From the NCBI GenBank assembly GCA_012295275.1, contig CM022679.1, positions 8,184,001 to 8,248,000 of the forward strand: a DNA stretch of 64,000 nt, in the 5' to 3' direction. The position numbers were made by a program, and so were the translations under genes. Every line of letters starts with the position of its first letter. Within the stretch, counting starts at the first letter, position 1. This document shows positions 1-31,800 of the stretch, piece after piece. This DNA comes from Chrysomallon squamiferum. Lineage: Eukaryota; Animalia; Mollusca. Below the pieces are notes generated by a model. It was given only the letters and a program-made list of their open reading frames with translations, made no database searches and had not been told where the DNA came from.

Positions 1-17683
<17,683 letters not shown>

Positions 17684-18371
17684 TGAAATCGTCTTCAAGG
17701 AACATTGTTCCTTTTGTGTTGGCATGAACCAGTCACTTGCCCAGGAAGCTGGCTTCCTACATCATGTTTGAATGCACAGTTTCAGTTTAGGCAGTCCCTT
17801 ATTTTGTGATCAGTTCAGGATGATTTGTCATTTCTTCTTTTATTTAAAAAAAAAATATATATATATATATATTTATATATTTATATATATATATATATTA
17901 TTGTTTTCTGTGATTGTTTGTTGCTGTTTGTATTCCCACTCCTCTTTTATAAATACTGTTTTGAGCTTTCATTTCTGTTGGGATCTAGTCATTTCAACTT
18001 GACTAATTTAGGTGAGGTTAGACAGCTTTCTGTGCACAAGTGACTGGAATTACTGATGATCCAGCAAAACTGAGGACTATCCTGCAATGTTGCTGACTTC
18101 TAAGACTTATTTTGGACAGTGCCAGTTTCATGGATCTAAACATGGTATTAACAGCCATTGATGGAGACATAATCTGCATTTAATACGGAGTAAGATCTGA
18201 AGGGAATATCCAGTCAAGATGGGTTTGATCATCAAGAGTTGATTCAACAACTGGGACTTCAAATATGTTTACTTCAAAAGAGCAAAACAGAGGACTTGAA
18301 AAAAAGCCAGCTTATGACAAATGGCTCAGTTCAGAAGAAAGGGAGAAAAAAAAAAAATTCTAAAAAAAAAA

Positions 18372-18415
<44 letters not shown>

Positions 18416-18619
18416 ATATTGAAATACTTGAGAGATAATTATTGAATTTATTGCCAACATCTTTTTTCTAAATATATATTTTTTTTTCTTCTTTTTTAAA
18501 AAATATCATGTTGGCTTTGTGTTTCCTTTTCTTTTAAATTTTATTTATTAGTTGTGTTATATTAATTGTCCTTAAAGACAAACCTGTGTTTTCATGTCGC
18601 CTAAACTTGATATTCACAC

Positions 18620-18651
<32 letters not shown>

Positions 18652-19838
18652 CTTTATATATATATTGTACCATTATTTGCACTCCACTGGATTGATTAAC
18701 CTTCAATTATTTTGCCCCCTTTTAAATTTTTTAATTTTTATTTATTTACATACTTACGTTTTCTTATTTCATCTTTTTTTTTTTTTTTTTTTTTTTCCCC
18801 TTCTGTTTTTAATTATTATTTAGTGTGTTAATGCGCCACACCATACAAAACCAGATTTGGTGATACAAATATATGGATTTCAGCAGCTTTAGTTCTCAGG
18901 TTACTTGGGCCTACAAAATGTATTCATTTTGTGTGTTAATATTTGTTTTCAACTGGAATATTCATTGAAAGAACATGCTACTTGGTAAAAATGGCATTAA
19001 GCAGGAAAGTTGAAATCAAGGACATTAAGAATAAAATTGTTGTTTACTAATGAATGTTCAGTTTAATGGCAATGTTTTAATATCCAATGAAATGCACTAT
19101 ACACATGGTTCTGCTTGCTGAGACATTTGTGTATTAATTTAGTAGACAGATGCAGTAAATTTAAAAAGTACTCGTTGACTGGTTAGTCTAGGTTACCTTT
19201 TGTAAATTACATATATACGTCATTATTTTAATTATTTTAAAATAACTAGACCAAATTGATGTACCATTAATTAGTGCCAGAATGTTTATTCTTTACAGTG
19301 TAATTAAATGTTGAAATTGGTAAATTTATTTTTCAGTTTCAAACATTTGATATATATATATATATATATATATATTTTACAAAATGAATCCTAAATATAT
19401 AAAGAAAAATTTAATGTTTTATTTAAACATTTTCTATCAGAACTGATTTATTATTATTATTATTATTTTGTTCTTTATAATTCACTCTTTCTTGTATTAA
19501 CTAAAAGAAAGGAATGTAATATCTAGCTGTTAAAACGTATTTTAACACTTTCAAGAACAATGGTTTATTTGTATGATTACAGTTGTTTCATCGCTACTGT
19601 GGTTAATGACAAATGGCTGTGATAGAATACTAGTCGTTTTTAAAAGCATTTGTAGATTGTTATATATTTCTCTTTTTTTTTCTATATGTTCGTTCATTTA
19701 ATAACATTAGATATCATTGCTGTTGACTGACTCACCACTGTTGAAATAACTAAACACTTTTGCCATCAGAACTGTACTGGTTGACTGTGATTTTGGAAGC
19801 TGCACAAAATATTACTTCCAATCATTAATTTAAAAACG

Positions 19839-19876
<38 letters not shown>

Positions 19877-22800
19877 TGTTGAAATCCATTTAATTGTTCC
19901 ACTATAGTCACCCTGTAGTCTTTTTAAGATGTAAAACCAGTTATGTAGATCTGTTTGTTGAAAAATGAAATATTGTTCTGTTTTTTTTTTTTTCTTGTTC
20001 TTAACTTTTTCCCTCCATTAGAGGGCAAGTCTGCTTAAAAGGGAATGTTGACTGTTATGTATTTAAAACTGGCATTTCATTGCCCAGTGGTGTAAATGTT
20101 ATTTAAGTTATTATATATTTCCCATTCCCATTTTGAATGTAAAGATTAACTATTTTCCTACATTTGAATGAATTTCACATATCCCTTGTTTTGCTCACGT
20201 TTTCCACCTAGTGTGTGTAACTGTTTTCAAATGCCCATTTTTTTTTTTTTTTTTTTTTTTTTTCCTTTTTACGTACTTGTTTATTGGTGTTTTTTCCTCA
20301 ATTAAAAAATACAATTTTCATTTTTTTATCAAATGCACAATGGCTTACCATTGTTTCCACACTTTTCTAGGATCTTCCGTATGTTGAACATTTTTTGTAT
20401 GTTGTGAAGCAGAAGAGCTTCATAATTCAGCTAATGTTTGTGTATATTGTGAAAAATGTTTATCTTCATTTTGGTTGGACAACTGGCAGGGAATACATTT
20501 TTTTTTTTTTTTTAAATATAAAACTAAAGCTTAGTGCTTAGTAGTCACGTTAATTCAAATTACAGGCTTCAGAAAAACAAATATTTTAAAATAATAAAAA
20601 GTGTTTCCCAAATAAAGTGCAAATTTCAAAAAATGGAAAAACAATTCAAAATCTAAAAAAATCGTTATATTGGCAGCACATAAAAACATCATCTTACACC
20701 AACTCATTCCACTGCTTGATGTTTTGTTCAGTGTGTACATCTACATTTATTAGATATAGATTTAAAAAATCTTGTAATTCAAAACTACTCTTCTTTCTGT
20801 TTAAAAAAAGAAAACAAATGAAATTCATGCAATATTTCATGTGACAGAACAAAAAGATAGAATCTCTTGTTCATCTGAACAAAAATCTGTAGATGTGTCA
20901 TGAAATGTAACAGATTGAAAAAGTTAAAGAAAGGAAAGATTAATTTAGAAATATTCTTTTTCATTTCCTTTTCTGTTTTGGATATCAGGTTGTTTGATTT
21001 TTTTTTTTTTTTTTTTGATTTTTTAATTGGCATAATTAAAATATTTATTAAATTGCATAATATAACTGTTTTATTTTCTCACAGCTGTTTCCAGTACAGG
21101 TTGTGTGATGAATTATTGATGCCAGATTTTATTAATAGGGGAGGGTTCTGTATAGACAAAGTTTAAGTAATAGTGATGTTCGGTGGATTCTTTTAAATGT
21201 AACATTTAAATTTTAACTGTATGTGTAGCTTTAACAGTAAACTTGTCACCTTTCATTAACTTTTGTTTTTCTATTTTACTTGTGTGTTTGTCAGATGTTC
21301 TTTTTTCTTTGTGTGTTTTTTTTTTTTTTCCTCCATTTGTTAGTTTTTGTGTGTGTGTATGTATGTGTGTGCATGTGCGTGTGCGTGGTCTTTGTTATGG
21401 TGGGCAAGGGGAAGCCTGCCAAAATAAAATGTGCACAGCTGTATCAGTAAACTATCAGTTCAGCAAATCCAAACATTGATTTTCCACAAATAACTGAAGT
21501 TGCACTTAATTTTTTTTTTTTCTCTCTCTCTCTCATTTGTGTTCTATTTAAAATATTGTCTTCACAATTTATTATATTTAATTTATAAAATCAGAAAGAA
21601 ATTTAGGACATGAAATATGTTAAAGGTAGGACACATACACCTCAAACTGTTTAATTTTATGATACTCTTGACAGCTTTTTTTTTTTTTTTTTTTTAATAA
21701 ATACTCCAATGTATTTAATGTTGATGTGGTGAAATTAAATGGATGTATTTCAATACTGCACTAAAGAAAACATGTTCATTGCTTTTGAGCACAAGTTCAG
21801 TGACTTGGAAAAATATTAAAAACAAAATGTTAAATGTATATATACCTAAATATTTGCACCAACCAAGTTTTCTGAAAAATGTTCATTTCCTCAAATTAAT
21901 GGCAACTTTTTTCCCCAAATTGTGATGGTTTTATTTTCATTTTTAGAAAGGTGGGGGTCTTTTTTGTTTTTTTTTCTTTCTTTTTTTTTTTTTTTTTTTT
22001 TTCATTTTGTTCTTCTACTTTTTAAATTACTGTATTTTATACATAATTAGAAAAATTATTTTTTAAGTTGATTTGATTTAAAATATTCAGTTTTGAAAAC
22101 AGACATTACTTGCTTGAATTTTTAATATTTTTAAACTGTATATTGACCAGGAATTCCATTATTTGGCGAACCATTTTAAAACAAAAAAAACCTTTTTGGT
22201 AAAATTAAAAATAACAATGAACAACAAAACGACAACTGTATCAGGCAAAAATATCAAACATTATCCTGAGAAACTACAAATGGGAATATATTGTAGAAAG
22301 ATTTCTGGCAGAACATAGCACATTTGTACATTGTAAACATTTTCAAATTTCTTGCTAAAACAGTCTTCCTTGATAACCAAAGAGTTCCTTATAATTAGAT
22401 TATCTTCTACCTTTTTTTTTCTCTCTCTCATTCTTTCTTGTTATTAACCATAATTTCTTAAATGACAGTATCAAAAATAACAGAATAAATTGGCAAATAG
22501 GAACCTGGTACAGAAATCCTCCACATAAAACACAGGACAATTGTGATCAAGCAAGCAGTGTGCAGTTTCTTTTTTGATAATTGTAAAAGTCATCAAGTTT
22601 AATTTATTACTGCACTAGTCTGTAGTTTTTTTTTTAATACATTTCAAATTTAAAAATATTTGTTTCGTGTACAAAGTTTATTTTTATTTATTTGTTTTGA
22701 TCATTCAGGGAATTTTAAATTATTTTTCAGTTACTTTTAGGGAGGCTATGTGGGATGGGATATTATCATATTGTGTGGTGTGTGCGTGCGTGCGTGTGTG

Positions 22801-23075
22801 TGTGTGTGTATATTGTGTAAAATCCCATGCTAACTTTTGGGAAATGATTGCATTCCATTACTAAAACACAGAACATCTTAAAAGTTGTATTTGCGATCTT
22901 CAATCTTTTTGAATGTACCACCGACAAATTTTAACTTCATACAGCTGGCTTGTTTAATTTGTAATCTTCTTTCCACAAGAACATTTCTCTACTGTTACAA
23001 CAATGTGATGTATAAACAATGTTAGATGTTGCACTTTTTTATTGAAATTAAATCCTTCATTCATACTTTTTGACT
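17684..23075 (+). other. Probable long 3'UTR of calcineurin A
   Basis: No coding potential, U-rich, CpG-depleted; ATTAAA at 23047-23052 followed by GU/U-rich sequence; earlier AATAAA sites (e.g. 20611) could give shorter ends. Confidence 0.5.
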
Positions 23076-23276
23076 TTTCAGTGTTTTGTCATTTTCTAGG
23101 AAGTTGTTAGAGATTTCATTACTTTATAGAGTATTTTCCTGCACCCTCAGTTGAAAACTACATTGCGAAAAACCACAACAGAGAGGGGGTGATGGTTAAT
23201 AATATTTTTTTTTTTTTCTTCTTAATTGTGCTGCTAGTGGCAATGTCCTCAATGTAATTTTAACTACATTTTAATT

Positions 23277-23314
<38 letters not shown>

Positions 23315-23416
23315 ACTCTTATCATGTTACTGTTTGCAAATTCTATTTATTAATGTAGAGTTGTGTACCTTTTATATAAAATATATATATAAATATATTA
23401 TATATTATATACGAAG

Positions 23417-23553
23417 AGTTAAAGGCATCAACTGCTGCGGCTTTGGGTGAAGCCTCCATGCACCCTGTGATGGCAGTATGGACGCTCAAGATTGCTGGGA
23501 CGGTTGTTAGGAAACTCCCAGCTTCTGGGCACATACACTGTTACAAGCACTGA
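23417..23553 (+). CDS. PPP3CA: Candidate alternative last exon of calcineurin A
   Basis: GC-rich island after acgaag|; phase-1 frame ELKASTAAALGEASMHPVMAVWTLKIAGTVVRKLPASGHIHCYKH*, phase-2 frame RVKGINCCGFG*; own ATTAAA at 23760-23765. Confidence 0.4.
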
Positions 23554-23647
23554 TGCTTACTGTGTATTGTGGTTTAATGCACCATGTCATTATTGCCTTG
23601 TATAGACAGTTTTATTATTATCAACTTCTATGTTTACAAAACTTTGA

Positions 23648-23681
<34 letters not shown>

Positions 23682-24842
23682 CATTATTTGTTAATTGTCA
23701 AGGCATTGTTGTAAAATCATGCATGTATTCATAATTGTAAATTCTGTGTTGAAATTTAAATTAAAAAATTAACAACTTCAATAACTGCAATTAGAGTCTG
23801 GTTTTGTTACAAGTAACTTGTGATTTGTAGTGTTGTATTTGTATTTCAAAACAAAATTCTCCTTTTTTTAATTACTAATTTCTATTGAAGCAGAATAATA
23901 TAAATATTTCATTATATTTTATTTTCATTTTAATTTCTTTCTTTATTTCTTTATTTTATTATTTTATTGTGTATGTATATAATAAAAAAATTACAGTACA
24001 TTTACCAGAATTAACATTAATAACTAATAATACTAGGCTAGGTATAAACCTAACTGAAAGAAAATAATTGAACACTGGAAATTGTCAAGTTCATAATGAA
24101 TGCTGGTTCTGTATTAGGAATAACCATTATCAATTACAATTAGTTTTGTTACCATTAACCAAATAATTTATATTCAGTAATTATTAAATTAGTGCTGACA
24201 ATGACTAGTCAGGGATTTAATTCAGCGACATAGATTGGATTACCTCCCTTGACACAGGAATCCGTTTTGACATTTGGCTTTAAGATACTTTAAATTACTA
24301 GTGATAATATAAGATTAGTTTAAATAAAATAGTTAAAGAAACAAACTATACTCTGTGAAAACTGATTATGCAGGGGACGATTTTTGTGGTCTTGGTTAAA
24401 ATCGAATACGTGTTTTGTTGTTTTTAATTTATTTATTTATTTATCTATCTAAATTTTTTGATGGGAGTAAATTAATTGGATTTAATGCTGTACACCTGAA
24501 TTAGACGTAGTGTGGAATATCCTAATCATATAGTCATAAAATCAGGAATTTTGTAACCGCAGATTCATTTCATTACATAACTTCACGGTTTTAGATAACG
24601 CTGGGTGCAATGTGCGCCGCGGATTGGATATCTAATATTAATGAAAAGTGAATTTAAATTTCTTTAGTGTGTGTTTTTGTGCGTGAGTTAATGAAAGGAT
24701 GGGAAAGTGAGCTCCGAGAGATTTAGTGAGATTACTGCCCTTCGTTCTGTAACTTAGCAGCATAGTCAGCTTTGCTAATTTTCTCATGCAGTATTTTGAT
24801 CTGGTGTCAGTATAGCTAGACGTAATAGTCTGATCCACGGTA

Positions 24843-24924
24843 ATGCAGTTCTTGTACGTCTGCTCGCCTGGGAAGTGGGCTGCCTGCCTCGTTTTAACGA
24901 CTCTAATCCTGTGTCCCAGTTCAG
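24843..24924 (+). CDS. Candidate alternative first exon (signal peptide 1a) of Ly6 gene 1
   Basis: ATG..TCA G|gtaatc; MQFLYVCSPGKWAACLVLTTLILCPSS, phase 1, splices in frame to AYG-LKCYEC; CpG-retaining upstream region with reverse CCAAT (ATTGG 24623-24627). Confidence 0.6.
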
Positions 24925-25179
24925 GTAATCGATTGTTTCAGAATGTAAAAACAAAGTCCCCAGCATTCACCGCACTAAATAGTGCGTGTCTAAACATGTT
25001 AAGGATTTTTAATCAGGAAGGATTACTTAATAATTATTCATTTTGTCAATATCGATTAATTCCGCAGAGATACTCCAGATCGTATTACGCTCCATTTCAT
25101 GTTCAAAGTTCACATTGCCTTGCTGAATTGTGACCGAAACGTTATCTGTAGAGAACTGACATTATCATCATCATCATCA

Positions 25180-25226
<47 letters not shown>

Positions 25227-25278
25227 AATGCATTTATTCCAGTAATAATGATTCTTATTAGCGTTACCAAATAAAAAA

Positions 25279-25310
<32 letters not shown>

Positions 25311-26288
25311 AATAATAAATAGTAAAGTAATAAATGAATGTAAATATTATAACAGCATTATTATTTTCTTAACGGTAAATAAATAAATTAATTTCGCGTA
25401 TTTGCTTCCAAAAAAAATAAAAAATAATAATAATAATAATAAAAAATTATTAAAAAAAAAATTATAACGCCAAAATAAGAGGTTTTTTAAATGTTTTATA
25501 AGCTTTATTTATTTAAATTTTACAAATATTTCATAATTAGTCAAATCTTTTAAAATAGAAATTTACTGAATGAGGTAATTAAATATTTGAAATACCTTGT
25601 CGTATGAATTATTATAATATTAATAGTAGTAGTAGTTGTAGTAATCATCATCATCACCGATTATCTCTTGCATAATACACCATTGCCAACGAGAGACAAA
25701 ATAAAAAATAAAAAAATAAAATAAAATCCACATCCAACATTTGTGCAATAAAATAAATAATTTATAGATAGTATTCTGAAAATAACCGATATTATTCATC
25801 AAATGTTTTATTATACTATTTTAGAATACTGAACGAGTCATTTTATGGTCCTCTTATAATCTGTAGTGGTTCCAAGAAGTTTACTATTTATAAAGTCTGA
25901 AGTAGCTTTAAAACGCAATTACAGTTTAACCTAGTAAAACAGACGAAACACATCTAAGAATAGAAGAGGCTTAAACGTTTACAATTTCTTGGTCCAAACC
26001 ATAACTTTATTTTTAAATTATAAACGTGCTGTATTATATAATTAATTATCTGTTAGATGACTGATTTGATCTGCAACGAAAAAATTATCGATTAAAGTTT
26101 TATTTATATTTATATTTCCATCAGACTTGGTTTTATTTCTGTTATGTTCCAGTCACCGCTTCGACATTTATATATAAAGTGTGTTACGAAATTATCTGTT
26201 TATGGGAAGGTCGAGGTAAAGAGAACACTGCTCCAGCAATATATTTTCAATTGCTTAGATGCCAGCTTTAGTAAATGTTGATCATAAC

Positions 26289-26338
26289 TTTAACTGCTGA
26301 TAGCCAGTAAGAATTTAACTGCTGACAACCAGTTAGAA
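26289..26338. repeat. 25-bp imperfect tandem duplication
   Basis: tttaactgctgatagccagtaagaa / tttaactgctgacaaccagttagaa. Confidence 0.75.
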
Positions 26339-26390
26339 TTAGTTTTTTAAGGTAAAAGATATCGTATAACATATTTCTACTATATGAATT

Positions 26391-26424
<34 letters not shown>

Positions 26425-28101
26425 ATATCGAAATGTATTTATTTAACAATTGTTAGTATTTTCTATTTTCCAGTCGGTATAGTAGAACTATATTGTATAT
26501 ACTTTAAAATTTTGCAAACGGAGAAGTACGCCCATCATGGAGGTACTTTGAATAAGATGTATTAAAAAAATATATTTCTGAATCCATAAATGTCGATGGC
26601 CAAAAGATCCCATCATACAAAATAATGATGACGAATACGACTTTAGAGGACTTATACATTATTATGATTATTATTATTATTATTATTATTTTATTAGATT
26701 TTTTAACACGTAAATATATTCAGTGATGGAGATGAAGCATGAACCGAGAAAGTTTGGGAATCGTTGATTTAAATTTACAGAAATGAAACATTTAATCAAA
26801 GCATTGAAGTGAAACCATTTATCTCGTCATAACGTTTTTTTTTTGTTGTTTTTTTAGATGATCCAGAACTCTGTTTAAATTGAACTTTGGTACTATGAAC
26901 ACATATCCTAACAGCACTTTGTATTCTTACAAGTAACTGTTTTGTTAAAACACAAGCGACCAAACTTTGTTGATAATTTGGTAATAAAGTATGGCTGTTA
27001 AATAATAACATCGTCACGGAGGAAGTAATTTCATACATAGAAAAAGTGCAGACAGACTGAGTATTCTAGCCTTGCGTCAAATTTATTTATTTAATTATTT
27101 ATTTATTTATTTGTTTGTTATTGTTGTTGTTATTATTAACAATGATCTTAATTGTTTTTAAAATGAAAAGTTAAAGATGGCCAGAATTATTAATTACCAA
27201 AAGGTTAGTTGTATGATTTTATTTTATTTAACAGCTTGCTTCTTGGTAAAATATACTTCTTCAACTGTCCAAAACTTTGTTTAAAATCATGCTAATTAAA
27301 ATTTTACAATGATATATATTAATAATTATTATGTTTTATATATTACTTTATATTGCTTCTATTTATATTCACCTAGTTAGTTACGTTACTTAACCTGTTG
27401 TTTTGCAGGTTTTAATGGTCTTTGTTCAGTTTTGTACTTAATAATTAATTTGTTTGTTTTCTAGCGTTCAGTCTGCAGTTAAGTAGGCTGAGGTCAAAAT
27501 GGAAACTTAATACATAAATTATGAAGCCATCAAGTTATAATAAAAGCTCATTTACATTTTTTTGTACAATTTTAACGCAGTCGCCATAAATTTTCCCCTA
27601 CAGTAATTATTATTATGCGTTGCATATTCATAACTAAAAAAAGTAAAGTCTGTTTCTGTTGACTAGTGGTTGAACCAACGTATTTTCTTTTTTCTCTACT
27701 TTTAATTTTTAAAATGTAGTAATAAAATAAATAGGTAGATAGTCAGATAGACAGATAACACACAAACCATAAAACTGTTTGATCTTAAATTTTTCTTTCT
27801 TTATTATTTCTTTTTTTCTTTTCTTTTCTTTTATTTATTTATTTATTTATTACACACATACACACACACACACACACTCTCTTTCCCCTTGAACAAAACA
27901 AAGGGTAATAATTACATTCGCACGCACGAAAACATAATAACACAAATTTGAAGACATTTGTTGATATTTATTTATTGTGGTCACATTTTAATGTTTAATC
28001 ATAGAACTGTTCTTCTTCGTCTTTGGTTTGTCCTCTGCATGTCATTCTTCTTATGTTCTGTACAACCACATTCTCTTTCTGTCTCACAGACACAAACACA
28101 T

Positions 28102-28104
<3 letters not shown>

Positions 28105-28175
<71 letters not shown>
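28105..28175. repeat. (CT)n microsatellite
   Basis: direct reading. Confidence 0.97.
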
Positions 28176-28178
<3 letters not shown>

Positions 28179-28599
28179 AGAGACCTTGCTTCTGCAAAAA
28201 AAAAGAAAGAAAGAATATTTAAATGAGTAAAATATTACTGTATTAAACATTCGATTTTGAGGAAGATATTAACGTAAATAATTCTTTATGAAGCTATTTG
28301 GCAGTGGTCGTATTAGTAGTAGTAGTTGTTGTTGTTGTGATTATAACAGCAGCAGTGTCAGATCATATATGAAGGTTTAATATATAGATGTAACAATGCC
28401 ATAACAAGCTGAGAAAAGTATGTTATTAAACAGAAAAACTTTATATAATTTATATACTGAACATTTTGCTTTCATTTTATACATTATAATAATCCATTCA
28501 TTAAAAATCAACATCATTTTGAATTAACAGCTTAAATTATTTAATATATACACGGTCTTTGTAGGATTTGAAACTGTTTAGATTCAGCTTTCGGGTAAA

Positions 28600-28774
28600 A
28601 ACGGTATTCAGGTACCAACTTGCTCGGATCAATAAATAAGAAACAGGTTATAACACTTTATAGGTGGCGCTCCAGTCTTGCGTCCATTCTTTTTCCAAGG
28701 TCGCGAAGGACAGCATTGTATATTTTCATACGTAGAGGTCTTTCGAACCATTTTTTGGAAGCTATTTACTCACA
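28600..28774 (+). promoter_or_regulatory. Proximal promoter/5'UTR of Ly6 gene 1 (exon 1b)
   Basis: CpG-retaining block; AACAGGTT (Grainyhead-like) 28642-28649; CTCF-like TTTATAGGTGGCGCT 28657-28671. Confidence 0.5.
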
Positions 28775-28835
28775 ATGCAGCCGTCATATCTCTTACTGCC
28801 TTTCCAGATTTTGTTACTGGTCTTCTTCGAGAAAG
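28775..28835 (+). CDS. Ly6 gene 1 first coding exon (signal peptide 1b)
   Basis: cacaATG..GAG AAA G|gtaatt, 61 nt, phase 1. Confidence 0.85.
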
Positions 28836-31800
28836 GTAATTATACAAGCTGGACTGTACATATATCGATTTTATTTAACAGACCGTTTTCACCGACCGAG
28901 GTACCTGTTCGACTCTTCGGAGTGACATTGTCAGACTTAAAGTGTTCGCTCGTCCAGACATCACGTCTCTACATTTATTCATGCATTTTTTAATTTTATA
29001 AAAACAATAATTTCTCAACGACTGCATCGCCTTTATCGATGAAACATGCGAGTCTTTTGAAGTATTCGGGTTGTCATGGTCCGTTTCCATTCCGTTGAAC
29101 CGGTTATCGGTGACCCGTTGATTACTCCCCCCTGCCCAGCCGGTGGGGAAGTTACGGTGGCGATGAACACTCTCGTGTCACTCTAGTTAATGACCCACTT
29201 TTACGTTCCCAGTTGTAATAATGAATATGCTTCCTTTAGCGTATTAAAGGGTGTGGAGTATATAATTTAATATTCTATATGTAAAAAGGTTTCTAAAAAC
29301 TTAAGATATGGCAGATTTTACATATTTGCTTTTCAATGTTTTCATTCATTTTACCCAATATTAATATATTATTATGTAGCAATTTATGCATCAAGTAAAA
29401 TAAAATAAAATAATAATAATAATAAGATTGATGTTATTACATAGATCCATGTACATGTCACATTTTGAATATTTGGACACTAAGCAATAACTATGGGTGA
29501 TTTAAATAATTAGTTAATTACAAATATTGAAATAAGATGGACATCAGGGTAACATTATATACACTTCATGAACATTGGAAAATATTTTTTGATATTAGTT
29601 AAAGTAGATGAAGTTATTTTGGTCTAAGTGAGGCAAGGTTCTCAGTTATATTAATATTGAAAAATTAAGTAACAACTTTTTTATTTTTTTTTAAATTATA
29701 TATTCAAAATGTATGGTATTTCCATGGTAGAAAATTATTACTGGTTTTGACTATCATTCTATATTTACACAAGCTAGCAGTTTAGAGAAATGTCCAAAAT
29801 ATTATACTATTTAAGAAGTTATATCAATAATGCAGTGAGGAAATTTTTTCAAATAATTAACATGGCTGTATGTTAGAACTAGCTTTCTCAACTGTACAAT
29901 AATAATGTCTTATAGAAACCCAGAGATCACATAATGTCACATTTTTGTTTTAAGTGACATTATTTCTAGATTTGGAGAAGTAGGAGTAGTATAGTTTATC
30001 ATCCAGTGTTTTAAAATAATGCTAAAATAATATTTAATGATAGTTGGTATCTATGTTCATTAAACAGTCACTGTGCAGTATAAATATTAATCTGACAGAA
30101 TTAAAACTAACAATTATAAATCTACAGGACTGTAAAATAAATATTAGATGTCATACTGACTCCAAACCATTTCCATGACTGGGTTGATCAGTCATTGAAT
30201 CAAAAACAAAATTTATCATATTCTTCTTCTCTGTCCATTGTTAGTAGACTTAGGACAGAGGTTCAGTGTATGTCAAAATAAATACACAAGAAGAAAAATG
30301 ACTTCAGAAAATTAACTTCAAATTCAAGTAAATTTGATATCATTTGTATAGTTTATGTAATGCTATCAACACTTGTTATGTATGTAAGAAATATCTTGTT
30401 AATTAAACACTATGTTCATGGTTGTAATATAGACTTTGGTTTAAAATTAGTAATCAGTTTGAAATAAATGTACATTAATTTTGTCTGCATCAGGATTTTT
30501 TTTTTTTTTCCTTCCTTTTGAAAAATTACAGCCAGAATGAAATTAATTAATTTGTTTTGTTTTGTTGTGGCATTCTAATCAGCAGTTTCAGGTGTGCAGT
30601 TTGAAATAGATACAACCTTTGGTTTTGATCACAAAGAAGTAATAATGTTTCAGATCTTTTTATTATTGTATGTCAGTATTTTGACAAAAGCAGTTTCCCG
30701 TAAAGACTGAGGCTTCTATAGAATTGTATGAAATTTAGTAGTCATTGTATTGCTATTTGTATGACTATCTAAGAGTTGTCTTCCTTTTTTGTATGCTCTT
30801 CTGGCATTGATATACATTCCATAGCGCACAGTGAAATAACAATAATGTAATGTTTATGATTGTTGGTTCAAATTATTACAGACTGGAATGTAAGAATATA
30901 TAAATAAACTTAAATCTAAATTAACATAATACATGAAGATTTAAACATTTCAAAAATATATTATTTTAAATTGTATACATGTACATATGGCTGTATATGC
31001 ATGTCCATGCATAGAAATAGAATCATAGATACATGTGTGTTCAGTGTGTTGATACATTGAGAAAGAGATTAGCATAAAGAAATCAGGCATGTATGGTTAC
31101 AGAATAAAGAAGACAAGTGAATATGAAATAATTTATAAAACTTGCAGCAGTTGCTGTAAATAAAACTGTGCATTGTAATACTTAGAGAGGTAGAAATTAA
31201 ACTTTCATACACTACATTTGAATAAATACTAGTTACATTTATAGAACTTGGTGACAGCTTTCCCACAAAACTCCATTATATTCATGATTAATAGTAGAAT
31301 TATGATACCACACAAAAGTGACTTTCTCAGCCGTCACGCCTATCAAGTGGTTATGGTTAAAGCTGTTACTACGCAATTGCTGAAAGGTGACTTTGACATA
31401 ACATTTCCTTCTGACCTGTTCACTCAGGCACAGCTCAGTGAATTTTTTTTTTCCAGTCTTGTTTTTGATTAAAATACCAAGAAATGGTACACGCTGAACA
31501 TTTGTTTGAAACTGTTAAGATAAATTTAGAATTTTGTGAAATGGCTGGTCTTGAATTTCTTTTTCTGTTGATTTGGTGTTTATTTATTTTTTATTTTTTA
31601 TTTATTTATTATTAATATTATTTTGTTGTTGTTGATGATGTTTTAAAAAAACAAAAAACTAACAACCTACGACAAATGTAATTTATGCAAATAAATAATA
31701 ATATAATAAATGCAGAAAGGTAACGAAGCTATATAAATTAAAAAAAAAAAAAAAATCAAACTTAAATGAATAATAGTTATTTTTAGTATGCATTCATTTT

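Noticed and set aside
24971-24986. Perfect hairpin CGCACTA-AA-TAGTGCG as a Helitron 3' end
   Set aside because: No correctly spaced CTRR-T terminus or 5' TC end found; lies just downstream of the candidate exon 1a donor
31284-31387. Third first exon for Ly6 gene 1 (..VVMVKAVTTQLLK G|gtgact, phase 1)
   Set aside because: Weak donor and no proper hydrophobic signal core; more likely an intronic regulatory island
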